Shown: positions 1 to 10,325 of the stretch, piece after piece | Numbering within the stretch: the stretch's first letter is position 1 | Layout of the letters: every line of letters begins with the position of its first letter | DNA from: Candidatus Poribacteria bacterium | GTDB lineage: Bacteria > Poribacteria > WGA-4E > UBA9662 | Length of the DNA stretch: 45,862 nt | Direction of reading: 5' to 3' | Assembly: GCA_046582655.1 (NCBI GenBank) | Contig: JAYGDX010000181.1 | Coordinates: forward strand, 1 to 45,862 | Notes under the pieces: model-generated | What the model was told of the DNA's origin: nothing | The model's input: only the letters and a program-made list of their open reading frames with translations | Database searches by the model: none | Translations under genes and position numbers: made by a program

Positions 1-1
1 A

Positions 2-1645
2 ATCCTCTCGTGACAGAATGGGTGTCCAGTATTTTAAGGGCGCATTCTTTGTCTTGGCTCTTTTTTGATCTATACCTGTACTCTTCCATGAGATACCAAC
101 CAGCAACTTATCACCTGCCAGATCCCGATATTTTTTCTGCAACCGCCGGGTTTTATTCGGGCAAGCCTGTAAATACGATTCCTGTTTTGGCAGAAAGGTA
201 TCTTCATCTGCCCTCAGCCACTGTCCTAAACTCCCCGTTGGAATCTGGTAGTCAATGGTTGGGTTCAGTAATTGTGGATTGGCTGGATCTTCTCGCGGGA
301 CGAACTGGATATTCGGGAGGGACCGTTGAAAGAGCGGAACCAACCGTTTGTCGCATTCAACAATGACATTTGGATTCATTTTTAAGAGAGTTGGGAGCAT
401 ACTTGCCAACATGATTTCATCACCAATGCCCTGTTCTGTCCAGACAAGAATAGTTTTCTGCTTCAGATTTGAACCACCCCAAAGAGGTTGAGGAAAATCT
501 CGCTTATTGAGGAAGAAACTGAGCTTCTTACATTTCAATCGCCATTCGTATTCTCTCCAACCGCTACTGAAGTCACCCTGTAACAACAAAACTAAACCCA
601 AATTATTATGGGCTTCATTGTAGTCTGGATTAATTTCTAAAGCACGCCGATATGCGAGGACAGCATCGTCTAACTTTTCTTGTTCTTTTAACGCGTTACC
701 AAGATTATTGTGAGCTTCGCTATAGTCAGGGTTGATTTCCAAGGCACGCCGATATGCAGTGACCGCATCATCTAACTTTTCTTGTTCTTTTAGTGCAATA
801 CCAAGGTTGTTATATGCTTCACCGTAGTTTGGGTTAATGTCTAAAGCACGGTGGTATGATTGCACAGCGTGGTCCAATTTTCCCTGTTCTTGTAATACTA
901 GGCCCAAGTTATTATATGCAGCGCTGTAGTTTGGATTAATGTCTAAAGCACGATGATATGATTGAATAGCTCGGTCCAATTTTCCTTGTTGCTGTAATGC
1001 CAAACCAAGGTTATAGGACGCTTCACTGTAATTGGAATTGATTTCTAGGGCACGGTGATATACTTGGATAGCCTGATCTAACTTTTCTTGTTTCTGTAGT
1101 GTGGTTCCAAGACTATTATATATTTCGGCATCGTCTGGATTAATTTCAATAGCTTGATGGTAGGTTTGGATGGCGTTGTCGAGCTTGCCCTGTTTTTTTT
1201 GTGCGGCACCCAGATTATAATGTATTCTTGAGTCATTAGGGTTAATTTCAATAGCTTTGTGATAAGCCTCAATAGATTCCTCTAATTCCCCTTTCTCCTG
1301 TAATGTATTGCCCAGATTATTATAAACGTCTGAGTCATTAGGGTTAATTTCAATAGCCTTGTGATAAGCCTCAATGGATTCCTCTAATTCCCCCTGATTT
1401 TGCCGCACAAGTCCAAGGTTAATGAAAAACATAGATTGGTTTGAGTCGACTTCTATCGCCTCGGTAATCAAATTAGCCGCAATCTCACATTTCCCAACTT
1501 GATAGGCCAGAAAACCCAGCAGATTTAACGCGTCCGCGTTTCGGGGCGAGATTTGGAGTACCTGTTGGTATATCTGCTCGGCTTGTTGTAGTTGATCCGA
1601 CTGATGGAAGGCAATTGCTTCTTGTAATTTTTGTTTAATATCCAT
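2..1645 (-). CDS. TPR-repeat protein with C-terminal glycosyltransferase-like (GT9/heptosyltransferase-like) domain; 3' end runs off the window
   Basis: Not in the ORF track because it has no stop inside the window. Manual translation from ATG 1645 gives MDIKQKLQEAIAFHQ..., about ten 34-aa TPRs (YNNLG..L..QGKLD.A...Y.RALEINP.Y), then 'GWREYEWR', 'ILVWTEQGIGDEIM', 'DYQIPTGSL' and 'VGISWKS', typical of TPR-GT fusions. Confidence 0.85.
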   Translation of the reverse strand, partial: MDIKQKLQEAIAFHQSDQLQQAEQIYQQVLQISPRNADALNLLGFLAYQVGKCEIAANLITEAIEVDSNQSMFFINLGLVRQNQGELEESIEAYHKAIEINPNDSDVYNNLGNTLQEKGELEESIEAYHKAIEINPNDSRIHYNLGAAQKKQGKLDNAIQTYHQAIEINPDDAEIYNSLGTTLQKQEKLDQAIQVYHRALEINSNYSEASYNLGLALQQQGKLDRAIQSYHRALDINPNYSAAYNNLGLVLQEQGKLDHAVQSYHRALDINPNYGEAYNNLGIALKEQEKLDDAVTAYRRALEINPDYSEAHNNLGNALKEQEKLDDAVLAYRRALEINPDYNEAHNNLGLVLLLQGDFSSGWREYEWRLKCKKLSFFLNKRDFPQPLWGGSNLKQKTILVWTEQGIGDEIMLASMLPTLLKMNPNVIVECDKRLVPLFQRSLPNIQFVPREDPANPQLLNPTIDYQIPTGSLGQWLRADEDTFLPKQESYLQACPNKTRRLQKKYRDLAGDKLLVGISWKSTGIDQKRAKTKNAPLKYWTPILSRED

Positions 1646-1961
1646 TCAAGGATTTTTGTCGAGGTGACAGGCTAAACCTGTCGCATCCATTGAAGATTGA
1701 GCGATTTCACCGTTAAGCCCAGCAGGTTACCGGCGTGGAAAAGTGTCAGTGTAGTATGCAGTAACCCCTTAAGGAATAGGACAAACGATTTATCAACTCA
1801 AACAATCATTACTTGATAATCACCTGTGTCAGCAACTTCCGTCACCATCTATTTCTATGAATCTTGCATAAGTCCTACACATAACAAATCCATTAGTTAG
1901 GCAACGAATACGACTTCAAACAACACAATCACTTTGGATCATTAAAGTCGATAGGGAAAAT

Positions 1962-2810
1962 TCAATATAATGACTTAATTTCTCCCCAGCTTGTTGTTAT
2001 CTTGCTGCGCCAAGAGACAGCAGCAAACTCAGATTCACTTGCTAACCACTCAATCACATTCTTAGTTAATTGGTAAAGCTGGTTAATATCTTTGTTATTC
2101 TTATGGTAATTCGGAAGCCTCCAGTTCATGTTGAAGACCTTCCCGCTTCCCGCTTTCCAGTAACCAAAGGCCGCAATTCGGTCCGTCCAATCATTGGCGG
2201 GTGGTCCCCAAGCGTTAGCTACGGTAATAAAATTTTTCCATATTTTATCGTAATAATCGCCGCTTTTGGGATAACCAGTCGAATTGACTTGAACGCGATC
2301 ATCAACCCCAGGTGGGTTACCTTTGAGGTTTTTCAGCCCTGTCAACAATTTCAGCTCTTTTGTTTTCTTTGTCACTGTGATCCCGACTGCAATTCCGTCA
2401 CTTTCTTGTGGTCCAAACTGTCGGGCTACAGCGTCTTCAAGTCCCATCGGTGTAGCGGAACGGATTGCCCAACCGGTAAGTAGGATCGCTCCACCAGCCT
2501 TAGCATAGTCCATAAAAGCGTTGATTTCTGCATCCTTTAGGTCACCGCCATCAGTATCGCCATCATGCCACCAGATGACTCCATAATCCTTAAAGGTATC
2601 ACTCTTTAGATCCCCGCGCTTCAACTGCTGAGTCTGAAAAGTATCTTTAGCAAATCCCAGAGCTAGTTTGGTAAATGCCCCATTTTCTCCCAAAGTGATA
2701 AACCCAACTTTGGTGGAAGAATCTCCAACACGAATAAATATCGTAATTAATAATATGGTAACAAAAAGCTTTCTTAACATTATGATATTATCTCTTCTGA
2801 TATTCATCAT
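1962..2810 (-). CDS. Secreted protein, probable class I glutamine-amidotransferase-like (DUF4960-like) fold, with W-G-x-I-K C-terminal tail
   Basis: Hydrophobic signal peptide (start may be ATG 2780), 'DYGVIWWH', 'YAKAGGAILLTG'; ends AAVSWRSKITTSWGEIKSLY. Confidence 0.65.
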   Translation of the reverse strand: MMNIRRDNIIMLRKLFVTILLITIFIRVGDSSTKVGFITLGENGAFTKLALGFAKDTFQTQQLKRGDLKSDTFKDYGVIWWHDGDTDGGDLKDAEINAFMDYAKAGGAILLTGWAIRSATPMGLEDAVARQFGPQESDGIAVGITVTKKTKELKLLTGLKNLKGNPPGVDDRVQVNSTGYPKSGDYYDKIWKNFITVANAWGPPANDWTDRIAAFGYWKAGSGKVFNMNWRLPNYHKNNKDINQLYQLTKNVIEWLASESEFAAVSWRSKITTSWGEIKSLY

Positions 2811-2935
2811 TATTAGTTAAACAAGTACTGAAAAATGCAGATTGTATCCTGTTTTAACACACTAAGGCTTCTAATGCAACTTGAATTTGGGACATGTAGC
2901 TATTGGTTAATATCTGTCTCCTAAGGTTAATATTT

Positions 2936-3769
2936 TCAGTTCGCTAGGGGTCTTGAATGGCCTTGATGAAGGTAATCGATTGGTGCATCGACATATACCA
3001 CCGACGTTTGTAAAATTGGATGCTGAAAAAAATCTTCAGTGCCTTTTTGAGCTTCAAATCCCCACTGAGATTCCCACTCGCAACGATGAATCATGGCCAG
3101 CATGGGACGTGGAGTATCTGTGTGGTTGGGCATCCCACAGTGCCAAACGCGCATATCACGCAATATGAGATCTCCTCTTTTGCTAAAAACATATTCAGCA
3201 GGTCTTTTGGCATCCCATTCGGCGATCATCTCTTCCGTTGGACGTCGGTTATCTGGTTGAATTCGAGTGTCCTGGTGGGTGCCAAGCCAAACTTTGGTTG
3301 CACCGTTAGATTGGTCGACATCCAGCAGTGGAACATTAACCACTATGCAGTGAGGTGGCGGTATGCGATCCAGATTTGGCCAAAGTTGATGGGTGTCCGC
3401 ATGGACTCCTTGTTGTTCATCTCCAGAAAAGGCCGTGTTGGCACCATAAGAGTCCAGGATAACACCGTCGCCCATGATATGGTGTGTGACAGCAATTGCC
3501 ATTTCATTAAACACAATATCCGAAAACAGATAAGGGTGGAAAGGTGGCGGCCGTACGCCTTGCCAGTTATTGGAAATCCCATTGGTTTGTTCCACGCTGT
3601 CAACATCGTCTAGCATTTTTTGACCTAAGCAATCAATATGGTCAACATCAATTACACCCGGAAGTAAAACGACACCATCCTCCCGCAATGCTTCTGCCGC
3701 TGCTTGAATATTATCTGCACACATGAGTCCCGATTTGACTTCATCGAGACTGATTTTTAAGGCTTGCAT
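2936..3769 (-). CDS. Phytanoyl-CoA dioxygenase (PhyH) family Fe(II)/2-oxoglutarate dioxygenase
   Basis: HxD motif (VHAD), 'NVPLLDVDQSNGATKVW.GTH', distal 'GDLILRDMRVWHCG..N.T..PR'. Confidence 0.9.
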   Translation of the reverse strand: MQALKISLDEVKSGLMCADNIQAAAEALREDGVVLLPGVIDVDHIDCLGQKMLDDVDSVEQTNGISNNWQGVRPPPFHPYLFSDIVFNEMAIAVTHHIMGDGVILDSYGANTAFSGDEQQGVHADTHQLWPNLDRIPPPHCIVVNVPLLDVDQSNGATKVWLGTHQDTRIQPDNRRPTEEMIAEWDAKRPAEYVFSKRGDLILRDMRVWHCGMPNHTDTPRPMLAMIHRCEWESQWGFEAQKGTEDFFQHPILQTSVVYVDAPIDYLHQGHSRPLAN

Positions 3770-3862
3770 AATGTAAGTGCACCCCTCACCTGCGATTGAA
3801 ACTTACTAAAAATTTATGACTTGGTTATCATGGAAAATAAATATTGTCACAACAACAGAACA

Positions 3863-4471
3863 CTAGAGCAATTTTAGTTTAACGTGGCGAAACCAGATTT
3901 TGCCGCCGTGGTCCTGCAACCCAATGTGTCCTTTATACGGCATATCTTTCCACGCATACTTGAATTTATTCTTGGTTCCATCAGGATTGATGCCGGGTTC
4001 TGACCATTGGTCTGTGTCCATTTCAGTGATTTTTTCACCATTGTGTTCTACCGTAATCATGTTATTTTGACAATGAGTGGTAGTGTTATTCCATTGACCA
4101 ATTGGTTTACAAACATTATGGGTTGGAGCTACCATGTCATAGATCGCACCACAGTCATGGGATCCTGAGGTCTCACGCCCGTAACTATCCAATATCTGAA
4201 TTTCGATTCCAGTATGAACTGGATCATCTAGATCAGACCAGCGGAAGAAAATGCCACTGTTGACATTATCATCCATCTTGAAATCAACAGACAAAACAAA
4301 ATTTTCGTATTGCTCAAGGGTATAAAGGTATTTGCCACCGTTGGCGGTGCACAGAATGTTGCCGCTATCGACTACCCATCCCTCTGGGTTTCCTGTTGTC
4401 GCCCAACCATTCAAAGTTTGTCCGTCAAACAGTGAAATCCATCCTTCATTTTTTTCTTGTTCACTTAACAT
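3863..4471 (-). CDS. DUF1080 (3-keto-disaccharide hydrolase-like) domain protein
   Basis: 'GWISLFDGQTLNGW', 'NSGIFFR', 'EIQILD', 'CGAIYD', 'GHIGLQDHG..IWFR'. Confidence 0.9.
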   Translation of the reverse strand: MLSEQEKNEGWISLFDGQTLNGWATTGNPEGWVVDSGNILCTANGGKYLYTLEQYENFVLSVDFKMDDNVNSGIFFRWSDLDDPVHTGIEIQILDSYGRETSGSHDCGAIYDMVAPTHNVCKPIGQWNNTTTHCQNNMITVEHNGEKITEMDTDQWSEPGINPDGTKNKFKYAWKDMPYKGHIGLQDHGGKIWFRHVKLKLL

Positions 4472-4505
4472 TTTGGGTTTTTCCTTTTTTTAAGTGCTGA
4501 TTAGT

Positions 4506-6266
4506 TTATTCAAAGTGCGTTGAACTTAGATCTAAATGATAGATCGTGCCATTATCGTATCCGACCAGATAGATCTCGCCGTGGCGATCGACTCCGAAGG
4601 AGGCGATCCTTGTTGATGCCTGACCGATTTGGCGAATCCTAGTTAATCTCCGTTGATCCTGTGTTATGCCCAAATTCGCCGCGACTCAAAATCTCCGAAG
4701 ATATATGCACCATAAAAGGATGACTGTCGGTTACCACGATAGACATAACCACCAGTGATTGATACTCCGTACTTGCGGCCATAGGTAAAGATTGGGGAGA
4801 CATAGGTCGTTTCATCTTGACGGTAGCGACTTGAAAAGATCTCGAAACCCTCGTAAATGTTCCAACCGTGATTCTCACCTGAACGAATAATGGTTACTTC
4901 CTCAAAGCGCACTTGCCCCACATCTCCAGCCCACAAATCCCCTGTAAGTGGATCGAAGCTCATCCTCCAAGGTTCACGTAGCCCAACCGCCCAAATTTCA
5001 CGGCGGATTTCTGGATCTGATGAGTCTGAGAATGGATTATCGTCTGGAATTCCATATTGGTGATTAGCATTATATTGATCTACATCGATCCGAAGGATCT
5101 TGCCCAGTAATTGGCCCAGATTCTGGCTATGTCCAAGTGGATCTTCCTGTGGACCACCATCTCCCATACCAATGTAGAGGTAACCATCTGGCCCAAATAA
5201 TAATGTCCCGCCATTATGGTTGTCAGCTGGCTGTTCAATCCTAAGTAATTGCCGAGAAGCACGGCCCGAATCAGAAAGGAAGTTCTCAGAAGCCAATTTC
5301 TCTACCACGATTGTGTATCGTTGTCCCTCTTCCATCATCTCATGTTTCAAATAGTATCTTCGATTCTGGTGAAAATTCGGATGGAAGGCAATGCACACCA
5401 ACCCTTCCCAAGGACCGTCGCTGACTTCGGTGGAAAGATCAGAAAATAGCATTTTTAGATCTCGGCCGGCTTTTTTGGAAAGCAACCAAATTTTGGCGGT
5501 GCGGTGTTCCAGAACAACAAAAACATCTTCTAGGACAGGATGCTCTGAGATCCATACTGGCTGATCGAAGCAGTGCTTCGCAAGATGGAAAGGATTCAGT
5601 TGAACGGTTTTATCTAAAACTCCAATTTCGTCCGGCATGCCGATTGAGCGAGCAACTTCTAATGCTGGTTCACGTAGGTCTTGTAAGTAAGCAATTAGAT
5701 CCATGAATTCCTGCTTCGAGATTAGATCCTCTGTTCCTTCAGGCATTACGGAGATTTGACTGGTGCGACGTTGATTAATCTCATCAATCTCAATTTTAAT
5801 AGTAGCACCATCCGTGCCAGACAGCACTATTTCTTCCGTTGAAGCTGACTTCAGGATTCCAGTGTGGATTATACCTTCAGTTGTCACAATGACTATTGTA
5901 CTATACCCTGGTGCAGATATTGGCAGATGGATCGAGAATCGTGTCTATGAGATCCTGTCTACTATATTTGTCACCAATGGTGGACAGATCGGGACCAACC
6001 AATTCACCTTCACTTCTCACTTTATGGCAACTTTTACAATTGGCTTTTTCTTTGTCTTCAAAGATTTGTTGCCCGTTTGCCACATCACCATTGCCGGACA
6101 CCACAAATTGGCGATATTGCTCTCGAAGTGGAAGTACCTTGCTTGGTTGATCAGCTAATGCCGCTATTGTTAAGACGTATAGAAAACATCCAGTAGCTTT
6201 AAGGCATCGGGGAATAGATGTAGTTTTCAGATCTAGACAGATTTTTTTTGTTAACTCCACGACCAA
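4506..6266 (-). pseudogene. Cytochrome c domain plus glucose/sorbosone (PQQ-type) dehydrogenase beta-propeller protein, with two frameshifts
   Basis: CKSCH heme motif and 'GPDLSTIG'. A +1 shift near 5915 joins DPSANI to APGYSTIVIVTTEG. GSDH motifs 'NHNGG.L.FGPDGYLYIGMGDGG' and 'GLREPWR' follow. A -1 shift near 4665 restores 'IWA(L)TQDQRR...IASFGVDRHGEIYLVGY...STHFE*' ending at 4506. Confidence 0.85.
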
Positions 6267-6285
6267 TATTTATGACATTCTTTTG

Positions 6286-7734
6286 TTATTTCTCATTCAA
6301 AACTAATGGCCCAACGGAAGCCACACGAAGAATTGGATATTGTGAATTGAACAAACTATGATCGTTGGTTTCATTAACCATTTGCCACATTTGTGAGGTT
6401 ATTTGCTTTAGTTGCTCTTGATGGGCTGGATCTTCGGCCAGGTTGGTCATTTCGTGTGGATCCTCATCCAGATTATAAAGTTCATCAAAATCGAATCCGT
6501 TGAAAACGAGTTTCCATGACCCGTTCCATATTACACGTTGCGTTAGAATCATACGACCGCCGTAGTATTCAGCGAAACCGGTAGTAAACTGATGTTCTCT
6601 GGATTTTGGATCACTAAGGATGCTAGCGAAGGAACGTGAATCGGGAACGTCAATCGGATCACAATCGACCAGTTCCAGTAGCGACGGACAGAGATCATGT
6701 AGCCCAACGCGAGCATCCGTCGTTATTCCCCTAGCACAGCCCGGTCCAGATATAACAAGTGGTATGTTGTAAATCTCTTCCGCAGCCGAGAAATTCTTGC
6801 AATATAAACCGTGTGCACCGAGCAACTCACCATGATCAGAGGTTATTATAATGATGGTATTCTCTGATTTTCCATTAGTTTCTACCAAATCAATGAGCTG
6901 ACCAAACAGTTGATCAATCTCGGTAATAGACGCATAGTAGCAGGCCGCTGCTTCACGTCGTTCCTGGTCAGTGAAAGTTCGCCATACACGTGCCGCCTTA
7001 CGATAGATGCCAGGACGACCTTTTAGGTCATCCCCTGCATTCGGTGGCAATGTAATCTCATCAACTTCATAGAGGTCAAAAGCCGATTGACCACTGATGA
7101 ACGGATCGTGTGGTTCCTGCAGGCTAACAAAACAACACCAAGGATCATCTGCTGTCAATGCTTGTTGGAGAAAATCCTCCGCCAAACTAACGGTGACTCC
7201 CATATTTCGTTTTTCAGGTGGTAAATCTGTTACCCCATAAAAGATGCTTTGTCTGTAACCAGGAGGATTGTCCAAATTGCGTTGTAGGGAAAAAGTCTGC
7301 TGAGGCGGATTGTCACCCAAAGTCTCTTTTTGTCTTTGCTTCCACAACTCACTTCCATTGATACCGTTAATTTGCCAACCGAACTGTTCAAGCTGGTTAC
7401 TCCGTTCGACATGCCATTTACCGAAGTATCCGGTCTTGTATCCGGCAATTTCCAGCCTTTGTGCCCAGTGCGGATGTTCGGTACGCAAGCAACTCTGATC
7501 CGAATCGACTGTATGAGTTACAGTTAACACGCCGTGGTTGTGCGGCAACAATCCGGTCATTAGGCTGGCTCGCGACGGAGAACAGACGGCATTGGCCGGA
7601 TATGCGTTTTGGAACCGAACACCACCTTGGATAAGATGATCTATATTTGGGGTTTGACAAGGATGTTCCGGATCAAGAACTCGTCCCTGCATCTGATCTG
7701 TCATCAAAAACAGGATATTAGGTTTGTTTGACAC
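6286..7734 (-). CDS. Sulfatase (formylglycine-dependent, Cys-type)
   Basis: 'PNILFLMTDQ', CSPSRASLMTG signature, 'GYKTGYFGKWH', 'SDHGE', 'ELYNLDEDPHE'. Confidence 0.93.
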   Translation of the reverse strand: MSNKPNILFLMTDQMQGRVLDPEHPCQTPNIDHLIQGGVRFQNAYPANAVCSPSRASLMTGLLPHNHGVLTVTHTVDSDQSCLRTEHPHWAQRLEIAGYKTGYFGKWHVERSNQLEQFGWQINGINGSELWKQRQKETLGDNPPQQTFSLQRNLDNPPGYRQSIFYGVTDLPPEKRNMGVTVSLAEDFLQQALTADDPWCCFVSLQEPHDPFISGQSAFDLYEVDEITLPPNAGDDLKGRPGIYRKAARVWRTFTDQERREAAACYYASITEIDQLFGQLIDLVETNGKSENTIIIITSDHGELLGAHGLYCKNFSAAEEIYNIPLVISGPGCARGITTDARVGLHDLCPSLLELVDCDPIDVPDSRSFASILSDPKSREHQFTTGFAEYYGGRMILTQRVIWNGSWKLVFNGFDFDELYNLDEDPHEMTNLAEDPAHQEQLKQITSQMWQMVNETNDHSLFNSQYPILRVASVGPLVLNEK

Positions 7735-7832
7735 ATTGAGCCCCTTTCAATATTTTAAGAATCGATAGAATTATCATTTCGAGTTCTGAACTTTTCACAC
7801 AATTCAATGATTTTTTAATTTCTTCTGGACAG

Positions 7833-8906
7833 TCAACCGTTTTGACGTTTAATACCAGAATCATTCCTGTGTACTACTCCATTGATTTCCTGTAATTTGA
7901 ACTTGATGAAATCCTGAAATTCTAGGCTCTCTCGAATTCTGTTAAAACCGCTATCCAATCGTGCTTTTGCTACAGTTTCTTCATCTAAATTCATTGCCGC
8001 CTGAAGGGATTCTACCGACAAAACCACTTCATTTTTCAGAGCATATGCTAAGGCTAAATTATAGTAGATTAGCACATTTTGTGGATTAATCTGAATAGCT
8101 TTCTTATACTCAGTGACAGCAGCTTCTAAATCTCCTTGAAGGGCGTAAATAGCACCCAGATCGTCATGGGCCAACACATAGTCTGGATTAATCTCGATGG
8201 CTAGTTGATACTCAGCGACAGCAGCTTCCAGGTCTCCCCGGACAGCGTAAATAACGCCTAGATTGTAATGGACTTGTGCATCTTGTGGATTAATCTGAAT
8301 AGCTTTCTTATACTCAGTGACAGCAGCTTCTAAATCTCCTTGACTATAATAAACAAGCCCCAGATTATGGTACGCATCTGCATCTTTCGGATTGATTTGA
8401 ATGGCATTTTTATAGGCAACTATCGCCGCCTCCAAATCGCCTAGCTTACGGTAAGCAACACCTAGACAGTAATGGGTGTTAGCATCTTGTGGATTAATCT
8501 GAATAGCTTTCTTATACTCAGTAACAGCGGCTTCCAAATCTTCTTGACTATGATAAATGATGCCCAGATTATAGTGAGCACCCGCATCTTTCGGATTGAT
8601 TTGAATGGCATTTTTATAGGCAACTATCGCCGCCTCCAAATCGCCAAGGTTATGATAAACAAGTCCTAGGTTGTAGTGTAACCCTGCATCTCTTGGATTG
8701 ATTTGAATGGCATTTTTGTAGGCAACCTCTGCTGGTTCCAAATTGCCTTGGGTTTTATAAATATTCCCCAGGCAATAATAAGCAGCAGAATGTTGCGGAT
8801 CAATCTCAATGGCCTTTTTATACTCAGCAACTGCTGCCTCCAAGTCACCTTGCTGATGAAAAACAAGTCCTAAATTATAGTATAAATCTGCGTCCCTGGG
8901 AGTCAT
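7833..8906 (-). CDS. TPR-repeat protein, possibly 5'-truncated
   Basis: About 8-9 highly regular 34-aa TPRs (HYNLG..Y...GDLEAAV.EYKKAIQINPQDA) and a C-terminal cap 'YYNLALAYAL...ARLDSGFNRIRE'. The ORF starts mid-repeat. Confidence 0.9.
   Translation of the reverse strand: MTPRDADLYYNLGLVFHQQGDLEAAVAEYKKAIEIDPQHSAAYYCLGNIYKTQGNLEPAEVAYKNAIQINPRDAGLHYNLGLVYHNLGDLEAAIVAYKNAIQINPKDAGAHYNLGIIYHSQEDLEAAVTEYKKAIQINPQDANTHYCLGVAYRKLGDLEAAIVAYKNAIQINPKDADAYHNLGLVYYSQGDLEAAVTEYKKAIQINPQDAQVHYNLGVIYAVRGDLEAAVAEYQLAIEINPDYVLAHDDLGAIYALQGDLEAAVTEYKKAIQINPQNVLIYYNLALAYALKNEVVLSVESLQAAMNLDEETVAKARLDSGFNRIRESLEFQDFIKFKLQEINGVVHRNDSGIKRQNG
8080..8745. repeat. Near-identical TPR-coding DNA repeats with 102/204-bp periodicity
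   Basis: One ~60-bp block recurs at 8081, 8285 and 8489; a second block recurs at 8380 and 8584 (204-bp spacing), with a variant at 8686. Confidence 0.85.
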
Positions 8907-9355
8907 GAGATTAAAAGCTAACCATTTTTTGATTACTAGAAATTAAATTATAACAACACAGTTTGTTTATTATCAAAAGTGCTAGTCTTGATCGCTATCA
9001 GAAATTGGACCAATCTGACAAGCCAGCGAGTCTGTCAATACCCCAGGAAAATAATGAGACCAAACGACAGGATTCTGTAAAAATTTTATTCTCTTTATAT
9101 CCCATTTCCATAGGACAGTCCGCTATTTTTTTGTTAGAATTCGAGGTCGACCCAGAATTAAGTTATTGTCAACTTAGGGTTTTAGCCCCAACTTTAAGGC
9201 TTGAATCCAGAATACTCCATTTATACTGGTAGCTTTTGAAAAAATCGATGGTTTTAGGTGACAATTGATCTTGTAGAATTTGGCTTGCCGATACAAACGC
9301 ACTGGGGATAACAACACAATGGTCGATGATCATGGTATTAATGTGATAATGGGTT

Positions 9356-10105
9356 TTATCCTGCTGTATATCCACCATCAATTGGCAGGGCAATTCCGGT
9401 CACAAAAGACGATTCGTCCGATGCCAGATACAATACCCCATGGGCAATCTCCAGCATCTCTCCGAGACGCCCTATAGGATGAAGATCCGCCAATGCTTGA
9501 TACTCTTCTTGGGTCTTCAAAATGTTCTTCAATAATGGTGTATTGACAAAACCGGGACAGATACAATTAACCCGAATCTTATAAAGTGCGTAATCCAGCG
9601 CTATGCTTCGTGTCAGATTGACGACACCGCCTTTAGAAGCGGCGTAAGCCGCACGAGTCCTTCCTCCAACCAGACCATAGATCGAAGCTATGTTGACAAT
9701 AGCTCCTCCATCATTCTTGATCATTTCAGGAATTGCATACTTGGAACCAAGATAGATACCTTTCAAGTTGACGTCGATGCTACGATCCCAATCCTCCTCG
9801 GGCAAATCTACCACAGGCAAACGTATGGCAATTCCTGCGTTGTTAACCAAGATATTCAGCTTGCCGTAGGTATCGATCGTTGTTTTTACCATGCCCTGTA
9901 TATCTGTGGCTGAGGTCACATTGACGCGGGTGAAGATAGCTTGGCCTCCATCGGTTCGTATCAGATCAACCGTTTCGTCGCCACCTGCTTCATTTTGGTC
10001 TGCTATAACAACCTTCCCACCTTCTTTGGCGAATAAGATTGCTGTTGTTCTTCCAATTCCGGAGGCTGCGCCTGTAATGATTGCAACTTTGTCTGAAATT
10101 CTCAT
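9356..10105 (-). CDS. Short-chain dehydrogenase/reductase (SDR)
   Basis: TGAASGIG Rossmann motif, NNAG, catalytic YAASK, 'RVNCICPG', 'IDGGYTA'. Confidence 0.95.
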   Translation of the reverse strand: MRISDKVAIITGAASGIGRTTAILFAKEGGKVVIADQNEAGGDETVDLIRTDGGQAIFTRVNVTSATDIQGMVKTTIDTYGKLNILVNNAGIAIRLPVVDLPEEDWDRSIDVNLKGIYLGSKYAIPEMIKNDGGAIVNIASIYGLVGGRTRAAYAASKGGVVNLTRSIALDYALYKIRVNCICPGFVNTPLLKNILKTQEEYQALADLHPIGRLGEMLEIAHGVLYLASDESSFVTGIALPIDGGYTAG

Positions 10106-10325
10106 GGAACCTCTCTTTAAAAATAACCCAAACGTGTATGGATTGACAACTCACAATTTAAGTTGGTTTGTTTTGCTCCTCCACATTACCTGATGTAACA
10201 GGTGACACTTTGGGATAAAACACTCGACTTAGTTAACAATGCCGATTAGCTAATCAAGGAAAAAGCATGATATAAATAAAAATTCGTTTGTTTCATTTCT
10301 AGAAAATCGAATAAGTTTAAATCGA

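Noticed and set aside
10..366. 118-aa + strand ORF and the 1078-1272 ORF
   Set aside because: Antisense or out-of-frame shadows of the TPR-glycosyltransferase gene.
1664..1684. Hairpin GTGACAGG-CTAAA-CCTGTCGC upstream of the TPR gene as a riboswitch
   Set aside because: A single 8-bp stem with no recognisable aptamer consensus or U-tract.
8963..9393. Small ORFs between the TPR and SDR genes
   Set aside because: No RBS, motif or family recognisable; possibly decayed sequence.
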